A DNA stretch of 63,973 nt, filler included, from Actinomycetota bacterium (GCA_046725875.1; 5 parts of 5 records of this genome joined end to end with filler, not necessarily neighbours in it), one strand, 5' to 3'. Counted from the whole stretch's first letter, positions 20,314-29,139 are shown. Numbers and translations: made by a program. Notes: generated by a model not told the origin, from the sequence alone.

Positions 20314-21141
20314 GTGAGAGTGGCGACCTGGAACGTGAACTCGGTCGTGGCCCGCGTCACCCGCCTTAACGAGTGGCTCGACCTGGCGAAGCCGGATGTC
20401 CTATGTCTGCAGGAGACGAAGTCCCCGGATGACATATTTCCCGCCAGCGGCGCCATCGAGCGTGGCTATGAGGTCGCCGCACACGGTTCGGGGCGATGGA
20501 ACGGCGTGGCGATCCTGTCTCGCATCGGGCTGGAGCATGTTATGCGCGGGTTCGATGGCCAACCTGGTTACGTCGAGACCGCCAAGCTGGATGACCTGAT
20601 GCTGGTTGATCTGCCGTCGCCTCCGATCGTCGAGCCGAGGGCGATGGCCGCCACCTGCGGGCCGCTTCGCGTCTGGTCTGTGTACGTGCCCAACGGGCGG
20701 ACCGTCGGGAGCGCGCATTACGCGTACAAGCTGGACTGGCTTTCCGCATTGCGAGACGCCGTGGCAGGAGAGGTGGCGGCCGGCGGCCCGTTCATCATGG
20801 CCGGGGACTTCAATATCGCACCAACTGACGCCGACGTGTGGGATCCCGCCGCCTTCGCCAGTGCGACCCACGTAACCGAGCCCGAGCGCGAGCGGCTAGC
20901 CGAACTTCGTAACCTTGGCCTCAAGGATGTCGTACCGCGCGCGCTGAAGTACGGCACCCCGTACACGTACTGGGATTACCGAGCCGGGATGTTCCACAAC
21001 AATCAAGGAATGCGGATCGACCTTGTGTACGCGAACGGCGTCGCGGCGTCGGCTGTGACCGACGCGTACGTGGATCGCGATGCACGGAAGGGAAAGGCCC
21101 CGTCCGACCACGCGCCAGTGGTTGTCGACCTAGACTTCTAG
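20314..21141 (+). CDS. xth: Exodeoxyribonuclease III
   Basis: ATWNVNS, LCLQETK, YVPNG, GDFN, RIDL, SDHAP. Confidence 0.95.
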   Translation: MRVATWNVNSVVARVTRLNEWLDLAKPDVLCLQETKSPDDIFPASGAIERGYEVAAHGSGRWNGVAILSRIGLEHVMRGFDGQPGYVETAKLDDLMLVDLPSPPIVEPRAMAATCGPLRVWSVYVPNGRTVGSAHYAYKLDWLSALRDAVAGEVAAGGPFIMAGDFNIAPTDADVWDPAAFASATHVTEPERERLAELRNLGLKDVVPRALKYGTPYTYWDYRAGMFHNNQGMRIDLVYANGVAASAVTDAYVDRDARKGKAPSDHAPVVVDLDF

Positions 21142-21214
21142 TAGCAACCGGACTTAATCATCTGTGATGGAGAAGTCCCGTCATTCTGCTCATTGGCGGC
21201 ACCAGCGATGCCAG

Positions 21215-21244
21215 GCCGCGAAACGACGCGACCTGCTTCGCGGC
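21215..21244. terminator. Hairpin between convergent xth and the small Cys-rich gene
   Basis: gccgcgaaac..gcttcgcggc inverted repeat. Confidence 0.45.
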
Positions 21245-21273
21245 GCCCGTCGTCTAGGTCACTCGTCGAGAAG

Positions 21274-21501
21274 TCAGCCCCGCTCGTCGTCGTGGTGGTG
21301 CGGGTGGCCGTGGTCGTTCGGACCCTCACGGGATCCGTCAGCCGGCTGTCAACAGCCCGGCTGCCCGTAGTTCCCACAGCAGCTCGATCGCGTGCGTACC
21401 TTCCGCCAGTTGTTGGCCAGCGCGAGACGGACCTTCGTGGGGAACGACGCGTCGTAGGCCGCAAAGTTGGTGAAGAACGGCCCACCAATCAACCGTGCCA
21501 T
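21274..21501 (-). CDS. Small Cys-rich protein (50 aa); candidate 75-aa selenoprotein by readthrough of UGA at 21349-21351
   Basis: RBS gaggag; MARLIGGPFFTNFAAYDASFPTKVRLALANNWRKVRTRSSCCGNYGQPGC-UGA-QPADGSREGPNDHGHPHHHDDERG*; SECIS-like hairpin follows the UGA. Confidence 0.6.
21319..21337 (-). promoter_or_regulatory. Putative bacterial SECIS element
   Basis: CGGAUCCC-GUGA-GGGUCCG starts after an 11-nt spacer from the UGA; it can fold with a bulged U; loop G and U fall at positions 23-24 counting U of UGA as 1. Confidence 0.5.
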
Positions 21502-21613
21502 GATGATCGTGCTCCTCATCCGTCCCGTAGGCGCCCGCAAAGGCACCCACCCTACGCTTCGCGCCGGTCCGGCCTTGGCAATCGCTTGGTTGGACCGGCC
21601 CTTCGGCCCTACC

Positions 21614-21815
21614 TGATCACGCCTCGATGAACTGCTAGTCGCGCTAGATCCGACCGTCCGGGGCGAGTACGAGAAACTCAAGGCCGCAGCCAGCTGGGTT
21701 GCCGCGCGTCGGCACCATATCCCAGCTGAACTTGACCACGTCTCCCAACCGCGCGACGTTGTCGCGTCGCCTGAACGTGAACTCCCCGGGCGCGACGAAC
21801 TCCTCATTCCTACCC
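21614..21815 (-). pseudogene. SnoaL-like protein C-terminal remnant
   Basis: EEFVAPGEFTFRRRDNVARLGDVVKFSWDMVP..GLEFLVLAPDGRI*RD*QFIEA*, with two internal TAG stops. Confidence 0.6.
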
Positions 21816-21873
21816 TCGGACCCCGCAAGCACCGTGCGGCTACACCAACCGGCACAGCGGACGAAGCAGCCCG

Positions 21874-22314
21874 CTATGACAGCTCCGCCCTGGTACCTCG
21901 AACCGTGATATGCGCGACCGCGGTGTTGTTGTCCTTGCGCGCCTCGTCGATCTGGGAGAAGGCATCGGCGATCACAGTGATCGTGTACGAACCTGGTCCG
22001 TCAGGCAGGTCCCACAGTGCGGTCACCTCGATTGCTTCGCCCGGCGGCACCTCGGGGGTGTGGACGACTCGCATTTCCTGGTCGACGGCAGCGCCTCGCA
22101 CCCAGAACCGTGTGGTCGTCTCGCCCGCGACAACAGCTCCCATGTTCTCGACGATGGCGATCACCTCGACCACATGCGGGACGAGGCCGACAGCCTCTTC
22201 CGCGGGGCGGTCGACGGCGTCCCGCGTCTTGATCAACCCCACAACGAGGTCCGGCTTCCCGGCCATGCCCACGGTCGTCTCCACGGCTTCCTGCGCCATC
22301 GATCGTAGAACCAT
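21874..22314 (-). CDS. CARDB (Ig-like) domain protein
   Basis: KPDLVV..VENMG..PGEAIEV..GSYTITVIADAFSQIDEARKDNN; real start may be the internal MAGKPDL. Confidence 0.75.
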   Translation of the reverse strand: MVLRSMAQEAVETTVGMAGKPDLVVGLIKTRDAVDRPAEEAVGLVPHVVEVIAIVENMGAVVAGETTTRFWVRGAAVDQEMRVVHTPEVPPGEAIEVTALWDLPDGPGSYTITVIADAFSQIDEARKDNNTAVAHITVRGTRAELS

Positions 22315-22548
22315 CGCTGGCCGACGCGGCCCTCAGCGGCACGGTCGGGCCGGTCAGGGAGGGCCGTCCGGGCGCGGGCCTTGTCTTCACCCTGCCCAAG
22401 GGTGACGTTGGCGACCGCGACCACGCCACGATCAATCAGTAGGACGCGGCGACGGGCGGGCAGGAGCCCATGCTGGTTGCTGATGGAGCCTTCCGGCGCC
22501 TGGTAGGACGCTGTCTGAAAGAATCTTGAAGAAATGTCGCCAAACCCC

Positions 22549-22579
22549 TTGCGCTGTTCGCCTATGGGCGACTAAAAAT
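22549..22579 (+). promoter_or_regulatory. Housekeeping-sigma-like promoter
   Basis: TTGCGC-18 nt-TAAAAAT in an AT-rich patch. Confidence 0.45.
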
Positions 22580-22585
22580 CTCTCC

Positions 22586-22785
22586 ACGTCACCAGTGACG
22601 GCAGCTCGGTCCGAAGGGGCGACCTTCGGCATCGCGAACACCGAGTGGTCAGAGGTTCGCGGTTGGCCCGCCAAGCCGGTGATCGGCTCCGCGGAGCCGC
22701 GGAGGTCGAGTGATCGACCGATGTGGCGACGACGCGGAGCAAGGGAGCCCCTCCATCTCATACATGGAGGGGCTCCCCCTTCTCT
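22586..22785 (+). ncRNA. Candidate structured ncRNA (~200 nt)
   Basis: No credible ORF; consecutive hairpins, some GNRA-capped; promoter upstream; 14-bp terminator stem. Confidence 0.6.
22743..22785 (+). terminator. Intrinsic terminator
   Basis: Perfect 14-bp stem gggagcccctccat/atggaggggctccc followed by ccttctct. Confidence 0.8.
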
Positions 22786-22866
22786 GGGCAAGCGCCGCTT
22801 GTGGCGCAGGTTAAGCCGCCTGCACACGGTCGGTCGCCTGGTCAGCGTTGGGTCCTGGTCGTCCTA

Positions 22867-23211
22867 CTACCGGTCGGGCGTTGAACCGGACGGGCCGGTC
22901 AGCTCAAACCGGGCGCGCTGATCGGCCGGAACAAGGCCGGCGTACTCGGGGTGGCGCTGAATGTACCCGCGGATGAACGGGCAGAAAGGCAGCACGGACG
23001 CACCCTGGGCGCGAGCCGAATCAAGGGCGCCACGCGCCAGGATGGAGCCAAGCCCGCGGCCCTCGAACCTGGAGTCGATCTCCGTGTGCGTGAAGGAAAC
23101 CCTTCCGTCCGTTCGGACGTACCTTGCGAACCCGGCCGCCGTCCCGTTGACGAGGACTTCGAAGCGGTTGGACGTCGGGTTGTCCACTACTGTCGCCTCG
23201 GTCTGATCCAT
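22867..23211 (-). CDS. Small GNAT (YjdJ-like) acetyltransferase
   Basis: FTHTEID..FEGRGLGS..LPFCPFIRGYI. Confidence 0.9.
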   Translation of the reverse strand: MDQTEATVVDNPTSNRFEVLVNGTAAGFARYVRTDGRVSFTHTEIDSRFEGRGLGSILARGALDSARAQGASVLPFCPFIRGYIQRHPEYAGLVPADQRARFELTGPSGSTPDR

Positions 23212-23428
23212 CCTTGGCTCAGCTCCTCGCTCCGGCTTCCACTTGGCGCAACCATCCACGATTCCACGAGGCAATCCCGAGTCGTCAACGTCAGCGGGCA
23301 TTGTCTTTGGCCGCTGACCGGGATCCGCTGCTAGGTGCTAGCGCCCGCTGGCACGGCAGGCAGCCCGGCACCCCACCGGTCCTGTCGGTCATCCCGGCTT
23401 GCCCGCTCGGAGTTGGCGCTGACCGGTG

Positions 23429-24943
23429 TCACAAGGTTGCGCGCATTGCGTGGTACTCCGACAGGATTCGCCGCCACGCGCCGTGCACATGCTCCGTCGT
23501 GGTGGATGGAGCCCCTATCGCTACCCGCAGCACAAGTCGCCCGTTGACCCGGGTGTGGCTGAGGTAGAGCGCACCGGAGTCGTTGAGTCGCTGCATCAGG
23601 GCGTCGGTCGCGCCATCGGCGAGGTCGTCCGGAAGGTCAGGCCACAGTGGCCGGAAGCAGATCAGGCCAAAGGGGTGATGTTCAAGTAGCGCGAACTCGT
23701 CGTCCGTACGCACCAAGGCAGCGAATTCATCGGCGAGTGCCAAACCGGTACGGATGTGCGCTTGAAGGCCCGCCGTGCCGTACCAGCGCAGCACCAACCA
23801 CAGCTTCAGCGCACGGAACCGTCTGCCGAGCGGAATCTGCCAATCTCGATAATCGATCACCCTGCCCGCTTCGGTAGCGACATTGCGCAGGTACTCAGGA
23901 TCGACGGAGAGTGCTCTGACCAATGGGACACGGTCCGCGACCCATAGCACTGAGCAATCGAAGTTGGTCAGCAGCCACTTGTGCGGGTCGGTGACGTAGG
24001 AGTCTGCGTAGTCGGCGACCCCGTCGTTGATCCAGCGGAGCTCTTCGCAGACGGCGGCCACCCCGGCGTAAGCGGCGTCGACGTGGAGCCAGACACCGCG
24101 GTCACGGCAGACCTCCCCGATCATCCGTACCGGATCAATCGCGGTCGTCGACGTGGTGCCGATCGTCGCACAGACCATGGTCGGCGTCGCTCCGTCGGCG
24201 ATGTCCCGGGCGATCATGGCGTCGAGCAGGTCCACCCGCATGGAGAGCGTTTCTGGTTCAACCTCCACGACGCGCATGTCGGCCGGGCGGAGTCCCGCTA
24301 TCTTGGCCGCCTTCTCTATCGACGAGTGGGTCTGCGCTGTCACGTACACGGTGTTCCTGCGGCCTCGGTCGCATCGCTGCAGCGCGGCGAGGAGCGCGAC
24401 CAGCGTCGCGCTGGATGCGGAGTCCTCAATGACACCGCCGCCCCGAGCGTCGGTCCGCCAGTGCTCCGGTAGCCCGAGCGCCTCAGCGAGCCAGTCCACC
24501 ACGACGGTTTCGAGTTCGGTGCACGCGGGGCTCGTCGCCCACAGCATCCCCTGCACGCCAAGGCCGGATGAAAGGAGGTCGCCTAGGATGGCCGGCCCGC
24601 TGGCATTGGCGGGGAAGTAAGCCAAGAAGCTCGGATGCTGCCAGTGGGTCACGCCGGGGAGAATGATTCGATCGAGGTCGGACAGCACCTCCTCGAATGG
24701 CTCACCGTCCTGCGGAGGATGCCCCGGCAGCGCTGCTCGTACATCGCCCGGTCGAAGCTGTGAACGCACCGGGTGGGCCTCGATGCTGGTGATGTAGTCG
24801 GCGACCCAGTCGATCACCCGTTTGCCGTACTCGCGGAACTCCTCTGGAGACATGTGTCTGGTCGGGGGCTCGGCGGGCCGTGTCGCCGGTACCGTTGCTT
24901 TGCCTGTCGCGGGCCAGGGGCCAGGCCCGAGGTTGTTCGACAT
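23429..24943 (-). CDS. Aromatic-L-amino-acid (DOPA/tryptophan) decarboxylase, group II PLP
   Basis: THWQHPSFLAYFP, SPACTELE, HVDAAYAG, PHKWLLTNFDCS, DWQIPLGRRFRALK. Confidence 0.92.
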   Translation of the reverse strand: MSNNLGPGPWPATGKATVPATRPAEPPTRHMSPEEFREYGKRVIDWVADYITSIEAHPVRSQLRPGDVRAALPGHPPQDGEPFEEVLSDLDRIILPGVTHWQHPSFLAYFPANASGPAILGDLLSSGLGVQGMLWATSPACTELETVVVDWLAEALGLPEHWRTDARGGGVIEDSASSATLVALLAALQRCDRGRRNTVYVTAQTHSSIEKAAKIAGLRPADMRVVEVEPETLSMRVDLLDAMIARDIADGATPTMVCATIGTTSTTAIDPVRMIGEVCRDRGVWLHVDAAYAGVAAVCEELRWINDGVADYADSYVTDPHKWLLTNFDCSVLWVADRVPLVRALSVDPEYLRNVATEAGRVIDYRDWQIPLGRRFRALKLWLVLRWYGTAGLQAHIRTGLALADEFAALVRTDDEFALLEHHPFGLICFRPLWPDLPDDLADGATDALMQRLNDSGALYLSHTRVNGRLVLRVAIGAPSTTTEHVHGAWRRILSEYHAMRATL

Positions 24944-25040
24944 TGATGGGCTCCTCTGTAGCGGCGCTAGCGATGTCCTAACCGGAGCGCGTCATCGTCC
25001 CGGCAGGAGTCCTGCCGCATCTGGTCCCGCGGTGAACCGA

Positions 25041-25136
25041 ATGAAAGGGCCAGGGGGACCGGGGGGCGCGTCAGGCGTCGAGTACGGGCTGCTCATCGCC
25101 GCGATCGCAGCCGTACGCATTGTGGACGATTGCTGA
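25041..25136 (+). pseudogene. Flp (type IVb) pilin remnant
   Basis: GASGVEYGLLIAAIAAV prepilin motif; truncated afterwards. Confidence 0.55.
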
Positions 25137-25396
25137 ACAAGATCACTACCGGGCGACCCATACGGACGGAGCATGAGCGTGCAGCAACTCGCCGACCTGA
25201 TCCGAGGGCTGGAGTGCGAACCATCGGAGGAGCCGCGGAAGTGACCGAGCCGGATCGGTCAGTGACGCGCACCTTCGCCTGCGCGACGGCTCGACGGTGC
25301 CTGATCGCTACCGCTGCCGCCGATTGGAAACCGTCCGACAGCTTGAAAGGGATGCTGACTGTTCCGGAATCGGCCGTCGATCCCGCGGACGCCGAC

Positions 25397-26374
25397 CTAC
25401 GTACGGCCAGGAGGCGCCGGCCCGGAGACCAACTGCCGACCGAGCTCGGTGAGGCTATGGCGGACTGCCCGGCCGTCACGACGGGTTTCCACGAGTCCGG
25501 CTCCTCGCAGAGCGGTGGCGTGCATCGACGCGGAGCCGGCGCTAAGGCCAAGCGCAGCCGCCAGGCTCGTTGTGGTGTGCTCGCTGATCAATGCGCAGAG
25601 AATCCGTGCCCGGGTTGCGCCGAGAAGGCCGGCCAGGCGCACCTCGTGCTCGCCCCGGTTCGCGTGGAGGTGCCAGTCGGGGGGCGGTATCGGATAAACC
25701 AGACCAGGCTGTTGCTCCCAATGGAAGGCGAAACCCGGGCGCGTCCAGGCGGCCGAGGGGCACAGAGACAGTCCTCGCCCGCCCAGGTCCACATCGGCTT
25801 CGACGGGGAAGGCAACCTCAAGGATGCCGTCGCGCCAGTGGATGAGCGGATGCAACGTGGCGAGCACGTCTTCGATACCTCTGATCGCCAATTGCCAGGC
25901 CCGTCGGTGGACCTCAGCCGCAGCCGCTTCGTAAAGCGCTGGCACCATCGGGCCTAGCACGTGCCAGTAGTAGCTGCGGATCGCCTGCCCGAGATCGCTG
26001 AGCGAATCACAGTCGCCAACGGCAAGCTGACGCACCCAGCCCGCCCGAGCTGGCAACGGGTGCGCCTGCGCCACCTCGGTACGGATCTGCGAGAGCGGCG
26101 CGGACTGGACGGCGTCCAACGTGGTGTCGAAGGAGCCATTCTCCGCCTCGGGAATGAGAAAGCCGGGCAGGCTGCCGTGGCTCGGAACAAGCTCCAGCAA
26201 CGGAGCCGCCTGCTGTGGAACAAGTGACCGAGTGCGCCGCCAACACCTCCGCACCCAACTTGTCGGCTGCTGCAGCGCCTGCACACTCCCGGCCAGCTCA
26301 CAGAACGATGTAGGAAACGCGAACCGTGTCCGCGCGAGATCGCCAACACTGAACCGAAGCCGAAGCATGTGCAT
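25397..26374 (-). CDS. ArsR-like regulator with C-terminal HTH (DUF5937-type)
   Basis: LRFSVGDLARTRFA..LLGATRARIL..TTTSLAAALGLSAGSASMHATALRGAGLV. Confidence 0.85.
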   Translation of the reverse strand: MHMLRLRFSVGDLARTRFAFPTSFCELAGSVQALQQPTSWVRRCWRRTRSLVPQQAAPLLELVPSHGSLPGFLIPEAENGSFDTTLDAVQSAPLSQIRTEVAQAHPLPARAGWVRQLAVGDCDSLSDLGQAIRSYYWHVLGPMVPALYEAAAAEVHRRAWQLAIRGIEDVLATLHPLIHWRDGILEVAFPVEADVDLGGRGLSLCPSAAWTRPGFAFHWEQQPGLVYPIPPPDWHLHANRGEHEVRLAGLLGATRARILCALISEHTTTSLAAALGLSAGSASMHATALRGAGLVETRRDGRAVRHSLTELGRQLVSGPAPPGRT

Positions 26375-26470
26375 CGATCCTTACCGGCTGCAGCGGTGGC
26401 CGAGCCAGCCATCACCGGACACCTACCAAGCCCGACTTCGATCGTCGAATCCGTTGCCGACCCTGTCAAT

Positions 26471-26492
26471 CGTTTCAGCGGTGCCTGAAACG
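26471..26492. promoter_or_regulatory. Putative operator of the adjacent regulator
   Basis: cgtttcag-N6-ctgaaacg perfect inverted repeat. Confidence 0.5.
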
Positions 26493-26744
26493 CTTGCGCA
26501 GCTGCCAAGAAACGTATGGAAGCACGGTCATAGCTGCGTCAAACCAATGACAAGAAGAGTGGGAACCGGCCACGCGAAGATCAGCAGTCGCTCTGGCAGC
26601 GGGCGGCTCCATTGTGGCCCACCGAGTCTCCGGTCGAGACAACCGTGCCGGCGAGCATCCGTTGGCGCCGTCGACCACCGCTGCTTAGCGGATCTTGTGA
26701 TCGCAGCGTGTATCCCCTGGTGCTAGCCGCAGGCAGGGCGGCGG

Positions 26745-27257
26745 CTAGCGTGCGGCTCTGACGGTCTGTGGAGCGGGCCGACCCAGCGCGAGGGTCAAAG
26801 CACCTGCCGTGATCGCAAGCGCGGCGGCCCCCGCAAGCCATCCGGCGCCGTCCAGGTCCAAGCCCGCGACCTCGTCGATGGAAAAGCGTCCGGGTCCGGT
26901 GCCGACGATGGCGAGTGCAACTGTGGCATTCGTCGTGACGTACTCCCAACCGCCGTTGAAGATCCAGGGCCCCTTGCCCGCATGATCGGTTCGGGCCGCA
27001 ACCAACATCGTCCCGGCGATCGCAGCCCCGGCCAGCGGTGTAAGCGCTCCGCTTGCGAGCAGCACGCCGCCAACGGTCTCCGTCATCCCGGCCACGATTG
27101 CCCAGAGCCGGCCCGGCCGGAAGCCAAAGCCTTCGAGGTACTGGGCTGTGCCGGTGAGGCCGAAGCCCGCGCCGAACCAGCCGGCGAGCTTGCCCAGCCC
27201 GTGCGCGGCAACCAGGCCACCGACCACCAGCCTGATGATCAAGAGTGCGAGATCCAT
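26745..27257 (-). CDS. DoxX-family membrane protein
   Basis: HGLGKLAGWFG..GGWEY..GPGRFSID; RBS gaaggag. Confidence 0.9.
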   Translation of the reverse strand: MDLALLIIRLVVGGLVAAHGLGKLAGWFGAGFGLTGTAQYLEGFGFRPGRLWAIVAGMTETVGGVLLASGALTPLAGAAIAGTMLVAARTDHAGKGPWIFNGGWEYVTTNATVALAIVGTGPGRFSIDEVAGLDLDGAGWLAGAAALAITAGALTLALGRPAPQTVRAAR

Positions 27258-27274
27258 CGCTGTCTCCTTCGCAT

Positions 27275-27294
27275 TTGCGTGCGTGTGCACGCAA
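27275..27294. promoter_or_regulatory. Putative MarR operator
   Basis: ttgcgtgc-N4-gcacgcaa between divergent doxX and marR; weaker second box near 27308-27326. Confidence 0.6.
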
Positions 27295-27344
27295 CGTAAG
27301 GAGAACAATGTGAGCACGCACGCAATTCCCGCTAGCCTGCGACC

Positions 27345-27851
27345 GTGTCAAGCATTTCGCGCCAGCCCAATGACAAGCCCGTTGATGCCGCCGCGTGGGC
27401 TGCCCTGCTGCGTGTCCACGCGCTCCTCGTTCCGCTGTTCGATCGGCAGCTCCGCGACGCCGCGGACCTGCCGTTGCCCTGGTACGACGTCCTCCTCGAG
27501 CTGCACGCCGCACCTGATCGACAGCTCCGAATGAGTGACCTAGGCGAGCGTGTTGTGCTGAGCCGGAGCCGGGTCAGCAGGGTTGTCGACGAGCTCGTAG
27601 CCTCCGGTCTCGTCCGCCGCGAGGCCAACCCCGACGACCAGCGATCGGCTCTGGCCACGTTGACAAATACCGGGGAGCGAAAGTTTCGCAAGGCGGCACC
27701 CATCTATCGCGCCGCGATCGCCCGCCACTTCACCGACCACCTGGACGGTGACAGCGAAGTCGTCGCCCGTGCCCTCGAGCGGGTCCTCGCCGCCGAGTCG
27801 TCTCGCCCACTGATCTCGATTCGTCCGGCTCCGGACAGAAGCGGTCCCTAG
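27345..27851 (+). CDS. MarR-family regulator
   Basis: WYDVLLEL..LRMSDLGERVVLSRSRVSR..DDQR. Confidence 0.92.
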   Translation: MSSISRQPNDKPVDAAAWAALLRVHALLVPLFDRQLRDAADLPLPWYDVLLELHAAPDRQLRMSDLGERVVLSRSRVSRVVDELVASGLVRREANPDDQRSALATLTNTGERKFRKAAPIYRAAIARHFTDHLDGDSEVVARALERVLAAESSRPLISIRPAPDRSGP

Positions 27852-27889
27852 CGACCGCCGTCTCCGTCCGGTTGTGACTGGCGTTCGGG

Positions 27890-28276
27890 TCAACTGCTCC
27901 CTGGTTCGAGCCCGTACTCAGCCAGCAGGCGCGAAACTGTGGGAAGAGCGCTAAGGGGGTTGCTATCCAGCTCGAACGCGATCGACACATGGCCTTCATT
28001 TGTCGGGATAACTAGCTGATGAAAGTTGCCATATCCGACGACGAGAAACCGCAGACCACCGCAATCGATCTCACCGCGTTGGCGGGCGAGGGTAAGGAGT
28101 GTTGGGTTGACCAGCAGCTCCTCGTAGCGGTCGGACTCGCTCGACGAGGCGGCGGAGAGTCCCGGGCGCTCGCGCATCACGACTTCGTGACCGCGGCCTA
28201 GGGCGACATAGCGGATCGCCGACGAGAGCTGGAAGAGCGCCTGTGTCAGGTCCTCATACACGATCGATCCCTGCAT
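27890..28276 (-). CDS. Hypothetical protein (possible profilin/roadblock-like fold)
   Basis: Protein-like 128-aa ORF, co-oriented and tightly spaced with its neighbours. Confidence 0.7.
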   Translation of the reverse strand: MQGSIVYEDLTQALFQLSSAIRYVALGRGHEVVMRERPGLSAASSSESDRYEELLVNPTLLTLARQRGEIDCGGLRFLVVGYGNFHQLVIPTNEGHVSIAFELDSNPLSALPTVSRLLAEYGLEPGSS

Positions 28277-28282
28277 CTCGCC

Positions 28283-28690
28283 TCAGGTGCCCCAACGACC
28301 GTCCGACTTGGCGGCCTCAATCTCGGCCAAGCCAGATGGACGCATGCGCCCTTCTGCGATCAGCCGCTCCCCGAGCACCTTGTTTCGGGCCGACCAATTG
28401 GATCTCGGCTTCCTCGGCTGATAACGCAGCAGATAATGGTCATCGTCCAGGCCCTGCGTCCTCGAGTCGACCCAACCAAAACACATCGCCGCCTCAAGGG
28501 CTTGGTCGAACGTAATCGACGGGATTCCCCTACCCTTCTTGGCGAGCTTGAGCCATATGCCGCGCCGATCACCATGGTGAGCCTCCAACCAGGCTTCAAA
28601 GGCTCGCCCGTTCTCGAAGAAGAGAACCGGCCAGCCATCCGCTGGATGCCGCTCGACCTCCTCCGGCGCCACGCTTTCGCAGTTTGCCAC
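28283..28690 (-). CDS. YdeI-family protein, N-terminal domain only
   Basis: FEAWLEAHH..ALEAAMCFGWVDS..PRKPRSNWSARN..AKSDGRW. Confidence 0.85.
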   Translation of the reverse strand: MANCESVAPEEVERHPADGWPVLFFENGRAFEAWLEAHHGDRRGIWLKLAKKGRGIPSITFDQALEAAMCFGWVDSRTQGLDDDHYLLRYQPRKPRSNWSARNKVLGERLIAEGRMRPSGLAEIEAAKSDGRWGT

Positions 28691-28712
28691 CGTCCCGCCG
28701 CCGGCGGTCTCA

Positions 28713-28943
28713 CTAGCTTGGAACGACGTGGATGTACGGATGCCGCGGCTTGATCTGCTCGTTTACATAGCGCCCTTTGCTTTCGGACCGATGAAGCTCC
28801 TCGACCTCGGCTGGATCGACGTCTAGATACCGGTAGACCCCGGTCGACGCGAACTCCACCTCGAGTACGCGCCTCTGCGGGTCATAGCCGATAGACGCCA
28901 CCGCCGATGAGGACACCCGGGACCGCTTCATCTCAAAGGTCAT
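28713..28943 (-). CDS. KTSC-domain protein
   Basis: VSSSAVASIGYDP..LEVEF..YRYLDV..SKGRYVNEQIK. Confidence 0.9.
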   Translation of the reverse strand: MTFEMKRSRVSSSAVASIGYDPQRRVLEVEFASTGVYRYLDVDPAEVEELHRSESKGRYVNEQIKPRHPYIHVVPS

Positions 28944-29039
28944 GCCCGCTGTGCTCGACCCGACCCGTCAAGGTGGCCCAGCCGTGTGACTTCTTCCCCT
29001 CGATCGCGAGGAACGTCCTGACCTAGGACGGGTAGGTGG

Positions 29040-29139
29040 NNNNNNNNNNNNNNNNNNNNNNNNNNNNNNNNNNNNNNNNNNNNTTAATTAATTAANNNNN
29101 NNNNNNNNNNNNNNNNNNNNNNNNNNNNNNNNNNNNNNN
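29040..29139. other. Artificial contig linker
   Basis: N run with TTAATTAATTAA. Confidence 0.98.
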
